Positions 26,973 to 36,087 of a DNA stretch of 64,000 bases are shown here, one piece after another. This stretch comes from Candidatus Xenobia bacterium (lineage in GTDB: Bacteria > Vulcanimicrobiota > Xenobia > Xenobiales > QWHO01), in NCBI GenBank assembly GCA_045863235.1, contig BTUM01000003.1:1-64000 (forward strand). The letters are read 5' to 3'. Both the position numbers and the translations under genes were made by a program. How positions within the stretch are numbered: the first letter of the stretch is position 1; each line of letters opens with the position of its first letter. The notes beneath the pieces were generated by a model, which worked only from the letters and a program-made list of their open reading frames with translations, did no database searches and was not told where the DNA came from.

Positions 26973-28175
26973 TCAGGGACCGACCACGCCCAGCTCGGTC
27001 ACCCTGACTCCCGGGGGCACTTCGTTCCACGACAGCACAGCCAGGGCGGGAAGGCTGCGCTCGGTGATGGAGCGAACCAAAGCTCGGACGTGGGGTGAGG
27101 TCATCAGAACCTGGGGAGCGTCAGGCGAGCGGAAGAGCGTCAGGGAATCGCCCAGGCGCTGAACCAGGTGCTCGTACAGGGGGAGATTGGGCAGGGGAAA
27201 CCGGCCCTGGTCGGTGGCCTGGCTCGACTCGAAGACTCGGCTCTCGATGTCGGGGTGCAGGGCCAGCACACTCAGCCGACCCTGCCGGGTCAACCGCCGG
27301 CAGATGCTGCGCGAAAGCTCGCGGCGTGCGTACTCGGTCAAGGTATCCACCCTGTTTCCAAGTCGCAGGTTGCGCAGCAACACCTCCAGGATTCTCCGCA
27401 TATCTCGGATGGGCACAAGCTCGCTCAGAAGGCTTTGCAGAACCTCCTGCAGTGCCGACCAGCTCAGCCTGGCAGGCACGAGTTCGTCCACCACCAGCGG
27501 GTCGGTGCGGCGCACCCGCTCAACCATGCGCTTCACTTGCTCGAGGCTCAGCAGATCGCCGGAACGGCGCAGAAGGACCTGATTGAGCTGGACCAGGATC
27601 GCCACGATCACCAGGTCGACCACCTCACAACCAAGCTCGATGGCTTTCGGCTCTTGCTCGGGCCGAATCCAGAGACCTAGCTGGCTGCGCTCGACCGCCG
27701 AGCTCTCCAACTCGCGCAACGCCTCCTCGCTGCCCCTGGCCAGCAAGAGGTCGGAGCCGGCCTGTCCGCGGGCGGTGACCTCTTCGTGGAGGTCGATGGT
27801 CCAGGCCATTGGAGGCAGACCGGGATCGCACCAAAGGAAGAGGCTCGGTAACTCCAGGCCGAGCTTGAGACGGCTGTGGCGTTGCAGCTCGGGGTACCAC
27901 TCTGGCAGCTCCTTGATCACTCGCGTCAGGCCGCGCCCCAGGCTGAGGCGGAGAGGCTCGATCCCGAAGTCATCCTCGTTGGGCGTAGGCACCGTCTGGG
28001 GCACTCGCTCGAGCATGCCAAGCACGAACTCCGGGTCGAGCGTCACCACCAGGTTGATCGGGTCGTAGACCATGTCGACCCTCTGAAATCGCTCGCGCAG
28101 CTCGTCGAGAAACTCCTGCATGGGTACCGAGTCGGGATGGCGCGGGTCGTCGTCTGGCCAGGCTTCCTCTTTCAT
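26973..28175 (-). CDS. FHIPEP family protein: FlhA/SctV cytoplasmic domain only
   Basis: LRLSLGRGL, LGLELP, VLQSLLSELVPIRDMRRILE, LTEYARRELSR, VLSWNEVP; no TM domain. Confidence 0.8.
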   Translation of the reverse strand: MKEEAWPDDDPRHPDSVPMQEFLDELRERFQRVDMVYDPINLVVTLDPEFVLGMLERVPQTVPTPNEDDFGIEPLRLSLGRGLTRVIKELPEWYPELQRHSRLKLGLELPSLFLWCDPGLPPMAWTIDLHEEVTARGQAGSDLLLARGSEEALRELESSAVERSQLGLWIRPEQEPKAIELGCEVVDLVIVAILVQLNQVLLRRSGDLLSLEQVKRMVERVRRTDPLVVDELVPARLSWSALQEVLQSLLSELVPIRDMRRILEVLLRNLRLGNRVDTLTEYARRELSRSICRRLTRQGRLSVLALHPDIESRVFESSQATDQGRFPLPNLPLYEHLVQRLGDSLTLFRSPDAPQVLMTSPHVRALVRSITERSLPALAVLSWNEVPPGVRVTELGVVGP

Positions 28176-28337
28176 GAGCGAAAGTGGCCTTCCCCGAGGA
28201 TTCGGCCGATTCCTGGAGTTGCGGTGGACATCATCGAGAAGGCCTGCGCCTCGCACTGATGGAGCAGGAAGCCGCCTATCGCCTCCAGGGCGTCGAGACT
28301 CGTACTCGCGAGAGTATCTCCGAGCTCACGCAAATTG

Positions 28338-29354
28338 TCAGGGCTCGAGCTGGAATGTGGTCAGCACGCCCCGGTGGTCGGTGGGATAAGGTTGCACCAC
28401 GATGGTGCCGTTCTCAGGACGCTCGGCCACGATGTCCACCTTCAGGGGCTTGATGCCCTGGTAGAGCACGAAGTCGAGCCGATCGTGATGGTCAGCAGGG
28501 TCATCGGGGCGGGTCATGGGAGTCCAGGTCCATCCGGGCCGGGCCACCTCGTCAGGATTGAGGACCCGGAAGGAATCCTGCCAGCCAGCCTGCTCGGCGG
28601 CCCGGCTGGTGGGCCAATCCACCTTGAGGGGGTGGAGTCCGGCCCGGGCCGCCCTCTCGGTCCAGTCCAGGTGGGAGGGCTCGTTGAAGTCTCCCGTCAG
28701 CACCCGAGGGAGACCCTCCAGGGCGGTCAGGTCTTGCAGGGCACCGCGAATCTCCTGACCTCGGGCCAACTCGGCCTGCTCCTGGGCCTGCGCCTCGGTC
28801 TGGATGAAGGGGTGGTCGCCGTAGGGGATCCTGAGCAGTTGGTAAGGCTGGTAGGGCTGGTGGTTGAGGTGCAGGTTGCCCACTCCCAGGCGCTTGCCCG
28901 AAGGCAGCTCGACCACCACCCCGTGCTTGCCGGGGGTGGCCCTCTCGATGGGGAAGCGGCTCAAAATCGCCGTCGTCTCGCCCTGCTGGAAGTGGTTGAA
29001 CTTCAGCTTCTCGGCCAGCACGGGCGAGTTCTTGCTCGACTCTTGCAGGCCGACGATGTCGGCGCCGGAGGTTCGGATCAGCTCGGCCACCTGGTCCACG
29101 CCCTCCTTGGAGTCGTGCCAGACGTTGAGGGTGAGCACTTTGACCGTGTTCTGGCTGGCCAGCGCCGGAGGCGAAGGGGAGCAGGCGGTGGCCAGCGCCA
29201 GAGCGGTGGCCAGCGTCACCGCCCGCCAGACCTTCCAGCCGGTGGCGGGCAGGCCCGAGAGCTGCACCGACTCGGCAGGCTCGCCGGGATTTTGCCCGGA
29301 CGTGCGCGGGCGTCGCTCTGTCCAACAGCGGAAGTTGCTCAGCGCCGAGATCAT
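28338..29354 (-). CDS. Endonuclease/exonuclease/phosphatase family protein
   Basis: TLNVW, ADIVGLQE, GDFNEPSH, DRLDFV and TDHR motifs. Confidence 0.88.
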   Translation of the reverse strand: MISALSNFRCWTERRPRTSGQNPGEPAESVQLSGLPATGWKVWRAVTLATALALATACSPSPPALASQNTVKVLTLNVWHDSKEGVDQVAELIRTSGADIVGLQESSKNSPVLAEKLKFNHFQQGETTAILSRFPIERATPGKHGVVVELPSGKRLGVGNLHLNHQPYQPYQLLRIPYGDHPFIQTEAQAQEQAELARGQEIRGALQDLTALEGLPRVLTGDFNEPSHLDWTERAARAGLHPLKVDWPTSRAAEQAGWQDSFRVLNPDEVARPGWTWTPMTRPDDPADHHDRLDFVLYQGIKPLKVDIVAERPENGTIVVQPYPTDHRGVLTTFQLEP

Positions 29355-29427
29355 CTCGCCTGTGAGGTTAGCCGTGCGGGCGGAAAAAGCTGTGAAAAGC
29401 GTGGGGTAACTTGTCCATCACGAGGGT

Positions 29428-30699
29428 CTACACAGCCTGACCGGCACGCAGAGCGGCCAGCGCCTCCAGAGCTCGCAGCACCCCAAGCTGGACCTGGGCA
29501 AAACTCACCCCCCCCTGCAGGTAGCAGGCATAGGGCTCGCGCAGGGGCCCATCGGCGCTCAGCTCGATGGACGAGCCCTGAATGAACGTGCCCCCGGCCA
29601 TCAGGATCGGGTCGCGATACCCCGGGTTCATGACCGGCTCGGGGGTGGCCCGATGGTCCACCGCTCCGCCGCCCTGCACGCCCCGACAGAAGGCCTTCTG
29701 CGCTTCGACGCTGCCCAGCCGCACGGCCTGGATGAGGTCGGTGCGCGGGTCATTCCAGCGCGGCCAGGCCTCCAGGCCCTCCTGCTCGAGCATCCAGGCG
29801 GCCCAGACGGCGCCCTCCAGGGCCTGGCCCACGATCAGCGGGGCCAGGAAGAGCCCCTGGGCCAGGGTGCGATTCATGCCCAGCGTGGGGCCCTCCTCGG
29901 GCCCGATTCCAGGAGCGGTCAGGCGCACCATGGCCCGTTCCACCCACTCACTGCCGCCCGCCAGGTAGCCCCCGGTGGGCGCCAGCGAGCCGCCCAGGTT
30001 CTTGATCAGCGAGCCGGCCACCAGGTCTGCGTCCAACTCGATCGGCTCGATGGGCTCCACCAGCTCTCCATAGCAGTTGTCCACCAGCACCACCGCTCGA
30101 GGAGCCACCCGGCGCAGGCGCGAGATGCACGCACCCAGCTCGGCCACCGTCAGCGAGCGCCGCCAGGTGTAGCCGCGCGAGCGCTGCAGGAAGACCATGC
30201 GGGTGCCCGGTCGCATGAAGCCTTCCACCGCCTCCAGGTCGATCGAGCCGTCCGGGAGCAGCGCCAGCTCGCGGTAGTTGACCCCCAGCTCGTGCAGCGA
30301 GCCCGGGCCGGGCCCGATGACAGGCTGAAGCGTGTCATAGGGTGGCCCGGTCAGGCTGACCAGCTCATGGCCAGGGAGCAGGACCCCGAACAGCGCCGCC
30401 GAGATGGCATGGGTCCCTGAGACGATCTGCAGGCGCAGGCGGGCAGCCTCGGCCCGGAAGATCCGGGCCAGAGCCCGGTCAAGCAGTTCGCGACCCGAGT
30501 CGTGGAACCCGTAGCCGGTGGTGCCATAGAAGTGCCCTTCGGAGAGCCCCTCAGCCTGCAAGGCCGCCAGCACTTTGAGCTGGTTGGCGCCGGCGGCGCG
30601 ACGGACCTCGGAGCGGACCGACTCGGTGGCCTCCTCGCCCTGACGGGCCAGGCGGGCCAGTCGCTCGGATACCCCCAGTTCGATCAGGGCCTTGTGCAA
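29428..30699 (-). CDS. Methionine gamma-lyase family / aluminium resistance protein (YnbB-like)
   Basis: TGYG..D.GR, SGTHAI, QRSRGY, DNCYGE, GSLIKNLGG, ELSADGP. Confidence 0.9.
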   Translation of the reverse strand: MHKALIELGVSERLARLARQGEEATESVRSEVRRAAGANQLKVLAALQAEGLSEGHFYGTTGYGFHDSGRELLDRALARIFRAEAARLRLQIVSGTHAISAALFGVLLPGHELVSLTGPPYDTLQPVIGPGPGSLHELGVNYRELALLPDGSIDLEAVEGFMRPGTRMVFLQRSRGYTWRRSLTVAELGACISRLRRVAPRAVVLVDNCYGELVEPIEPIELDADLVAGSLIKNLGGSLAPTGGYLAGGSEWVERAMVRLTAPGIGPEEGPTLGMNRTLAQGLFLAPLIVGQALEGAVWAAWMLEQEGLEAWPRWNDPRTDLIQAVRLGSVEAQKAFCRGVQGGGAVDHRATPEPVMNPGYRDPILMAGGTFIQGSSIELSADGPLREPYACYLQGGVSFAQVQLGVLRALEALAALRAGQAV

Positions 30700-30806
30700 A
30701 GTCTCTCCCGGTGCCCACGCAGAAATTACGCTCGCGGCGTGGCGTGGTCGCTTGCGCTGGGGACGGGAGATTTCCTGCCCGGGTCGACCAGGGCGGGAGT
30801 TGGGCT

Positions 30807-31604
30807 TTACGTTGCCTGGCGTTCGTGGTGGAGCCCCAGCCGGTAGAGCAGGGTCTTCACCTCGAAGGGTTTGAGGTCGGGGTACCGCTCGAGCAGCAGG
30901 GCCACGATGCCGGCCACCCTGGGGGCCGCAAAGCTGGTGCCGATGTAGTAGAAGTGAGAGTCGGTGCCGGCCCGGGGGGCGCGTACCATGTCGCCCTGGG
31001 CGTCCAGCCAGATGCGGGGCTTGGGGCCGTAGAGCACCTTGGAACGCTCGCGCAACCGGAAGGCCATCGGGTCCCTGAAGTAGTCGGAGTTGACCGAGAC
31101 TACCGAGGAGAAGCTGGCCGGCACGATCCAGTCGAAGTTGTTGGAGGCCGCCGCCACCAGCGTGATGTCGCGGTAGTAGGCCTGATCCACCAGCTCGAGA
31201 AAGCGCGAGCGCCAGTAGTCGTTGACGCCCTGGTCCAGGCCCAGGCTGAGGTTGACGACCCGGATATCTTGTTTGATCACGTATTCCAGCGCTCCCTGGA
31301 ACACCTCGGGGTCGCAGGTGCCTTCCTCGGAGAGCACCCGGATGAAGTGGAGCTCGGCCTCGGGGGCGGTGTCGTTGACGATCCAGCTGACCGGGGTGCC
31401 ATGCCCGAAGGGATCGGTGGGCTGCTCGAAAGGCTGGTAGCTGCGAGTCAGAAAGCTGCCGCAGCTCTTGAGGCGAGAGCGCACCCCCTCCATCATGGGG
31501 TGGACCAGGTCCAGCCCCGAGTCCAGAATCGCCACCGAGACGCCCTTTCCGGTCAGGCCGCTGAGGAGCGTCTCGGGCTGAAGGTCGCGCAGCAGGTCGT
31601 TCAT
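30807..31604 (-). CDS. S8 (subtilase) serine peptidase, no signal peptide or obvious prodomain
   Basis: Triad motifs ILDSG, GHGT, GTSFAAP; AAASN oxyanion residue. Confidence 0.92.
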   Translation of the reverse strand: MNDLLRDLQPETLLSGLTGKGVSVAILDSGLDLVHPMMEGVRSRLKSCGSFLTRSYQPFEQPTDPFGHGTPVSWIVNDTAPEAELHFIRVLSEEGTCDPEVFQGALEYVIKQDIRVVNLSLGLDQGVNDYWRSRFLELVDQAYYRDITLVAAASNNFDWIVPASFSSVVSVNSDYFRDPMAFRLRERSKVLYGPKPRIWLDAQGDMVRAPRAGTDSHFYYIGTSFAAPRVAGIVALLLERYPDLKPFEVKTLLYRLGLHHERQAT

Positions 31605-32656
31605 GGTCGGGCCACCTCGGCCAGGTAGCGCTCCAGGGTGGACCTCCAGAAGCCGAGATGGTGCCCCCCCAGGGCCTTGAGGGCCTGCAGGTTGTGCACC
31701 AGATCCATCATCTCCCGCTCGGCCAGATCACTGGAGCGCGCCTGGTGGGTGACCCGCTCGAAGGCGGCGGTCACCTCGGCGGTGGGTTTGCCCCGCCCCT
31801 CCTCCTGGACCGCCAGCACCCGGTTGAGCGCGCGCACCAGCAAGCTGGAAAAGCGCTCTTCGTGGCGGTGGGCGGCCAGCACGGCAGCGGCCAGCCGGCC
31901 CAACTGCACCATCAGGCTGACCTGCTCGGGACGGAAGGTGGGCCTGCCTCCCTCCCTGGCCACCTCCAGAACCCCCAGGCAGCGGCCGTGATTCATCAGG
32001 GGCACGGCCAGAAGCGAGGACTTGCCCCGCTCGAAGGGGGTAAGACCGGTCGGATCCTCATCCCCCGCCAGACCCACGCACTTCTCCAAACGGCTCTTGA
32101 AGGCGTCGTGCACCAGGCCCCTGCTGGCGCGCAGGTCCTCGGGAACCGGCAGGGGGTAACCCACCGCCTCCAGCGCAGTGAGCTGGCCGCCCGAGTCGAC
32201 CCCGAAAAGCCAGCCCCCATCCGCCGAGGCAGCCATGGCGGCGGCATTGACGATCTGGCGTTCCAGCTCACGATAGGCGGGGGCGGCGGTGAGGGCCTCG
32301 GCGTGGTGCAGAAAGCGGGCCACGTCGTGGATGGCCTGGTGGAAAGCATGCACGGAGAGCTGGTGGCGGTGGGCCGCGATCCGATCCAGCAGGGCCGGCC
32401 AGTCGACCGGACGGGCCACAAACTCGGTCAGACCGGCTCGGAGGGCGGGGCCGACCGACTCCTCGCCCACCACCACGAAGCACGGGATCCGCCCCAGGCG
32501 GGGCTTGAGCTGCAGGTAGCGCTCCAGCTCGGCCAGGGATACCACCGCCACGTCCACCTCAGGATGGGGCTCGCTGACGCAGGGGATCTGCTCCGGACCC
32601 GGTCCCTCGGAATCGAGCAGCAGAATCGAGCGGATGCCGACGGAAGTCTCCAGCAT
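31601..32656 (-). CDS. GAF-domain protein with degenerate N-terminal receiver-like domain
   Basis: SLLAVPLMNHGRCLGVLEV...F GAF motif; AGLTEFVARP resembles a receiver C-terminus. Confidence 0.75.
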   Translation of the reverse strand: MLETSVGIRSILLLDSEGPGPEQIPCVSEPHPEVDVAVVSLAELERYLQLKPRLGRIPCFVVVGEESVGPALRAGLTEFVARPVDWPALLDRIAAHRHQLSVHAFHQAIHDVARFLHHAEALTAAPAYRELERQIVNAAAMAASADGGWLFGVDSGGQLTALEAVGYPLPVPEDLRASRGLVHDAFKSRLEKCVGLAGDEDPTGLTPFERGKSSLLAVPLMNHGRCLGVLEVAREGGRPTFRPEQVSLMVQLGRLAAAVLAAHRHEERFSSLLVRALNRVLAVQEEGRGKPTAEVTAAFERVTHQARSSDLAEREMMDLVHNLQALKALGGHHLGFWRSTLERYLAEVARP

Positions 32657-32671
32657 ACTAGTTCCTCGCTT

Positions 32672-34477
32672 TCAGACGTGGACCGCTTCTTGTAGCGAAC
32701 GCAGCTCTTCGCGCATCAACTCGGCCTGGGTTTGCCAGAGCTCGCTGTAAAGGCCATCCTGCGCCACCAGCTCGGCATGGGTTCCCCGCTGTGCGATGCG
32801 CCCCTCCTGGAAGACCAGGATCAGGTCGGCGTGGGGAGTCAGGGCGTAAAGCCGGTGAGTCACCGCCAGCACGGTGCGGTCGGACCGACTCTGAGCCAAC
32901 ATCCGGTAGAAGCGTGACTCGGTCAGAGGGTCGAGATTGGAAGTCGCTTCATCCAGGAGCAAGATGCGTGGCGAAGCCAGCAGGGCCCGGGCCAGCGCTA
33001 CCCGCTGCCCTTCGCCCCCGGACAGGTTCTCGCCGAAACGCCCGATCCTGGTGGCCAGCCCCTCGACGGAGAAACGTCGGTCGCCCCGCATGTCGATCTG
33101 GGCCTGCTCGAGCGCCTCCAGCTGGCGCTGGTCGGAGGGAGGATCGGGGTTGCCCATGGTCAGGTTGTCGCTGAGCGTGCCCTCGAACAGCATGGGCCGC
33201 TGCGAAACGGTGACCAGGCCGCTGCGCAGGTCGCTCAGGGGGATCTCGCCCAGGGGCTTACCGCCCAGCAGCACGCTGCCCCGATCGGGCTGGACGAAGT
33301 TGGGCAGAAGGTCAAAGAAGGTCGACTTACCCGCCCCACTGGTGCCCACCAGAGCCACCAGGCTGCCCTCGGCAAGGGAGACCGAGGCGTCCTGTAACGA
33401 GGGGGCTCCCTCGTGCAGCACGGTCACGTCCACCAGGTCGATGCTCTTGAAGCCGGCCAGGTCCCGGCCGGGAGCGCCCTCGTCGCGCTCCTCGGGCTGG
33501 TCGAGGATCTGGCGCATCTGTTGGAGCTGGGGCAGAGCCTGCCGATAGCTGCGGGCGGCCGACATCAAGCTCATCAGGGGCTGAGCCAGGATGCCCTGGG
33601 CCAGCACGAAGACCAGCACGTGCCCGGTCAGCGACACGCGGTCGTTCTCAGGCAGCATCGGGGCCAGCAGAAACAGCACCACGGCCAGGATGACCAGGGT
33701 TCCTGAGGCATTGAAGATGAGTTGCTGAGCCTGCTGGTCGAGCTCGTTGAGATGGGTCTCCTCCTCCCCCACCTCGTCCATCTGGCCCAGGTAGCCCTGA
33801 GTACGGCCAAGCCAGCGCGAGGCGGCCCGAAAGACCTTGAGCTCGCGAATGCCCAGCAAAGCCTGGCTGAGCACATCAAAGAAGCCCTCCGAGATCTGCT
33901 GGCGCTGACTGGCCATAAGCTCCACCCGGTCCTTGAGCAAGAAGTACGGGAGAGCGTAGGTGAGGAACACCGCCACCAGCACCAGGGTCAGCACCGGCTG
34001 GTAGAGGGCCAGGAAGAAGATGATGGCCAGGGCCGAGATGAGGTCCAGGGGCAGGCCGATGACGGCCATCTCGACCACCTCGGCCAGGCCTGTGGCTGCC
34101 CAGGCCAGGGTGGACATCAGGTTGGGGAACTCGAGCCTGCGGTGGGCGGAGAGCGGCATGGCCAGCACGTGCCGGACCAGTTGCCGGCTGACCTCCAGCG
34201 AAAAACGGCGGGCCAGCCGGCGCCGGTAGATTTGCACCCGGTGGTTGAGAAAGCCGCGCAACAGGTAGAGGGCCATCAGGCCCAGCATCATCGGCAGGGG
34301 GGACTTTCCGGCCAGGAAGGAGCCGGGCTCGAAGATGGCTCCGAAGAGCAGCATCATGGTGACCAGCGCCCCCAGCTCGGCGGCCAGAGCCATCAGCGTC
34401 AAAAGGCCCAGGAAGAGCCAGCTGCGGGTGGCCCCGCCCAGGTGCAGCTGGCGCACCAGCCAGCGGTACTGGCTCAT
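32672..34477 (-). CDS. ABC exporter, fused permease/ATPase
   Basis: N-terminal TM domain, GTSGAGKST, LSGGEGQR, ILLLDEATS; no C39 domain. Confidence 0.92.
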   Translation of the reverse strand: MSQYRWLVRQLHLGGATRSWLFLGLLTLMALAAELGALVTMMLLFGAIFEPGSFLAGKSPLPMMLGLMALYLLRGFLNHRVQIYRRRLARRFSLEVSRQLVRHVLAMPLSAHRRLEFPNLMSTLAWAATGLAEVVEMAVIGLPLDLISALAIIFFLALYQPVLTLVLVAVFLTYALPYFLLKDRVELMASQRQQISEGFFDVLSQALLGIRELKVFRAASRWLGRTQGYLGQMDEVGEEETHLNELDQQAQQLIFNASGTLVILAVVLFLLAPMLPENDRVSLTGHVLVFVLAQGILAQPLMSLMSAARSYRQALPQLQQMRQILDQPEERDEGAPGRDLAGFKSIDLVDVTVLHEGAPSLQDASVSLAEGSLVALVGTSGAGKSTFFDLLPNFVQPDRGSVLLGGKPLGEIPLSDLRSGLVTVSQRPMLFEGTLSDNLTMGNPDPPSDQRQLEALEQAQIDMRGDRRFSVEGLATRIGRFGENLSGGEGQRVALARALLASPRILLLDEATSNLDPLTESRFYRMLAQSRSDRTVLAVTHRLYALTPHADLILVFQEGRIAQRGTHAELVAQDGLYSELWQTQAELMREELRSLQEAVHV

Positions 34478-34484
34478 GACAAGA

Positions 34485-34512
34485 AGGCCACCCCGGTGCC
34501 CCGGAGTGGCCT
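34485..34512 (-). terminator. Stem-loop between the precursor-like gene and the ABC gene
   Basis: Minus strand aggccactccgg-ggca-ccggggtggcct followed by tcttg. Confidence 0.6.
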
Positions 34513-34532
34513 CTGGTCAGAGCCTGTTGGAG

Positions 34533-34937
34533 CTAAATGTGGACCCACACACCCGGGCCGCCACCGCCCCAGTAGTGCGGATGGTAGCCATAGTAAGGGT
34601 GATTGGGGTGCCACTGCCACCACTGGGCCGACACCTGCGGAGAGCCCGCGGGCGCGCCTGCCGGCATCGGCATGGGCATCGGACGGCCCGGCATCGGCAT
34701 GCCGGCCCGGCCCATCAGCTCGGCTAAATTCAGATTGAGCACGATGGATTGGGGCATGGGCATCCCCTGGCCCATCATCATCGGGGGAGGAGCGCCGGGA
34801 TCGCCGGGGCCGCCTTCGGTCATTCCGGCCGAAGCCAGGGTCTCGCGGACCTTGTCGGGCGCCACGACGTATTTCTTCGCGTCGCCATCGGGGATGTTCA
34901 GGAACTCACCAGTCTTCAAATCACGGGCAATCGCCAT
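34533..34937 (-). CDS. Putative peptide precursor (134 aa; Met/Pro-rich linker, W/H/Y-rich C-terminal tail)
   Basis: GGAGG RBS, ATG at 34937; MAIARDLKTGEF...QVSAQWWQWHPNHPYYGYHPHYWGGGGPGVWVHI. Confidence 0.75.
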   Translation of the reverse strand: MAIARDLKTGEFLNIPDGDAKKYVVAPDKVRETLASAGMTEGGPGDPGAPPPMMMGQGMPMPQSIVLNLNLAELMGRAGMPMPGRPMPMPMPAGAPAGSPQVSAQWWQWHPNHPYYGYHPHYWGGGGPGVWVHI

Positions 34938-35148
34938 GAGAAAGGCCTCCTTCGGTTCGAGGTGTCCGGGGATTCGTTCCCCCACCCCGGTATGACCTGC
35001 GTGCCGGGAGCGAAAGTTCCCATTGTTGGTCCTCGCGTCCCGAAACACAGGCAAAACCTTCCTGACAGAACGCGCACAGCTAAGTCCGGTCGCAAACCCC
35101 TGTGGTGGCCGGAAAACCGCGTCAAGGGGTCTTCCGGCGGCGCTCCTC

Positions 35149-35289
35149 CTAGCGCCAGAGCAGTAAGAGGGCGAAGGCCAGGCTCAGCACCACCAGGACC
35201 CTTCCCGGCAGGCCCACCCCCCAGTTCTTCTCGCAGTCCAAACAACGGCCACCCCGGCGGGCTCGTGCGCAACGTCGACAGTAGAGCAT
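35149..35289 (-). CDS. 46-aa zinc-ribbon/TM mini-protein (absent from ORF track)
   Basis: MLYCRRCARARRGGRCLDCEKNWGVGLPGRVLVVLSLAFALLLLWR. Confidence 0.5.
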   Translation of the reverse strand: MLYCRRCARARRGGRCLDCEKNWGVGLPGRVLVVLSLAFALLLLWR

Positions 35290-35461
35290 ACTGATTTGAC
35301 GACGCATCCAGAAAAAAGGTTCAGCCTTGAGCCAGGCTCAAGTTGAAGGAACCGGGACCCCTGCTCGGAGAACATCCTGCGCTCTTTGGAAACAGGCCCA
35401 AGGAGGTTTCTCCACCGGTCGCGGGTAAGAGAATTCAGGGGAAAGGGGGTTCGGGTCTGCC

Positions 35462-36085
35462 TTGGAATGTCCTAAGTGCCGTTACATCAGCCTTCCTGGC
35501 TCGCATTTCTGCGAGAAGTGTGGCTACGACTTGAAGGCTTTCCGAGCCCGCCGCACGGCCGGGCCGGGCCCCGCTCCAGCGCCCCGGGGGCCGGCGCCCA
35601 TGCCTTCCCCGGCTCCCGCTCCGACGCCGGCCGGTCGACCGATGCCGGCCCCGGTCCAATCCCAGCCGCCGGCCCCGGCTGCCCGGGCTCAGGCACCGGT
35701 CATTCCCCCGCTGCCTTCCCCCAGGAAGCCTGAGCCGCCTCCCCCTCCACCTTTTGCACGCCTCGAGTTGCTGGGGGGCGACGGCCAGGTCTACCTGCTC
35801 TGCACCGACACTGTGCGGGTGGGCCGGCTCAGCCCGGCCGACGGCATCCTGCCCGAGATCGACCTGACCGCTCACGACTCAAAGGGAACGGTTTCTCGAC
35901 GCCACGCCATGATTACCCGAGAAGGGGAGCAAGTTTACCTCGAAGACTCCGGCAGCATCAACGGCACGCATGTCAACGGCACGCGGCTGGCTTCCGGAGT
36001 CCAGCGCCCACTCCAGGAAGGCGATCAAGTCTGCTTTGGAGAGGTGGCGTTTCGCTACCATCACGTGAAACAAGGAGCACCATAA
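35462..36085 (+). CDS. Zinc-ribbon / Pro-rich / FHA domain protein
   Basis: CPKC..CEKC; FHA motifs GR, VSRRHA, DSGSINGT. Confidence 0.88.
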   Translation: MECPKCRYISLPGSHFCEKCGYDLKAFRARRTAGPGPAPAPRGPAPMPSPAPAPTPAGRPMPAPVQSQPPAPAARAQAPVIPPLPSPRKPEPPPPPPFARLELLGGDGQVYLLCTDTVRVGRLSPADGILPEIDLTAHDSKGTVSRRHAMITREGEQVYLEDSGSINGTHVNGTRLASGVQRPLQEGDQVCFGEVAFRYHHVKQGAP

Positions 36086-36087
36086 CA

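Noticed and set aside
26973..28175. flhA gene symbol
   Set aside because: Lacks the N-terminal membrane domain required for an export gate.
28176..28335. PGVAVDIIEKACA on the + strand resembling a Clp ATPase motif (PDKAIDLxDEA)
   Set aside because: Too short and divergent to call a pseudogene by eye.
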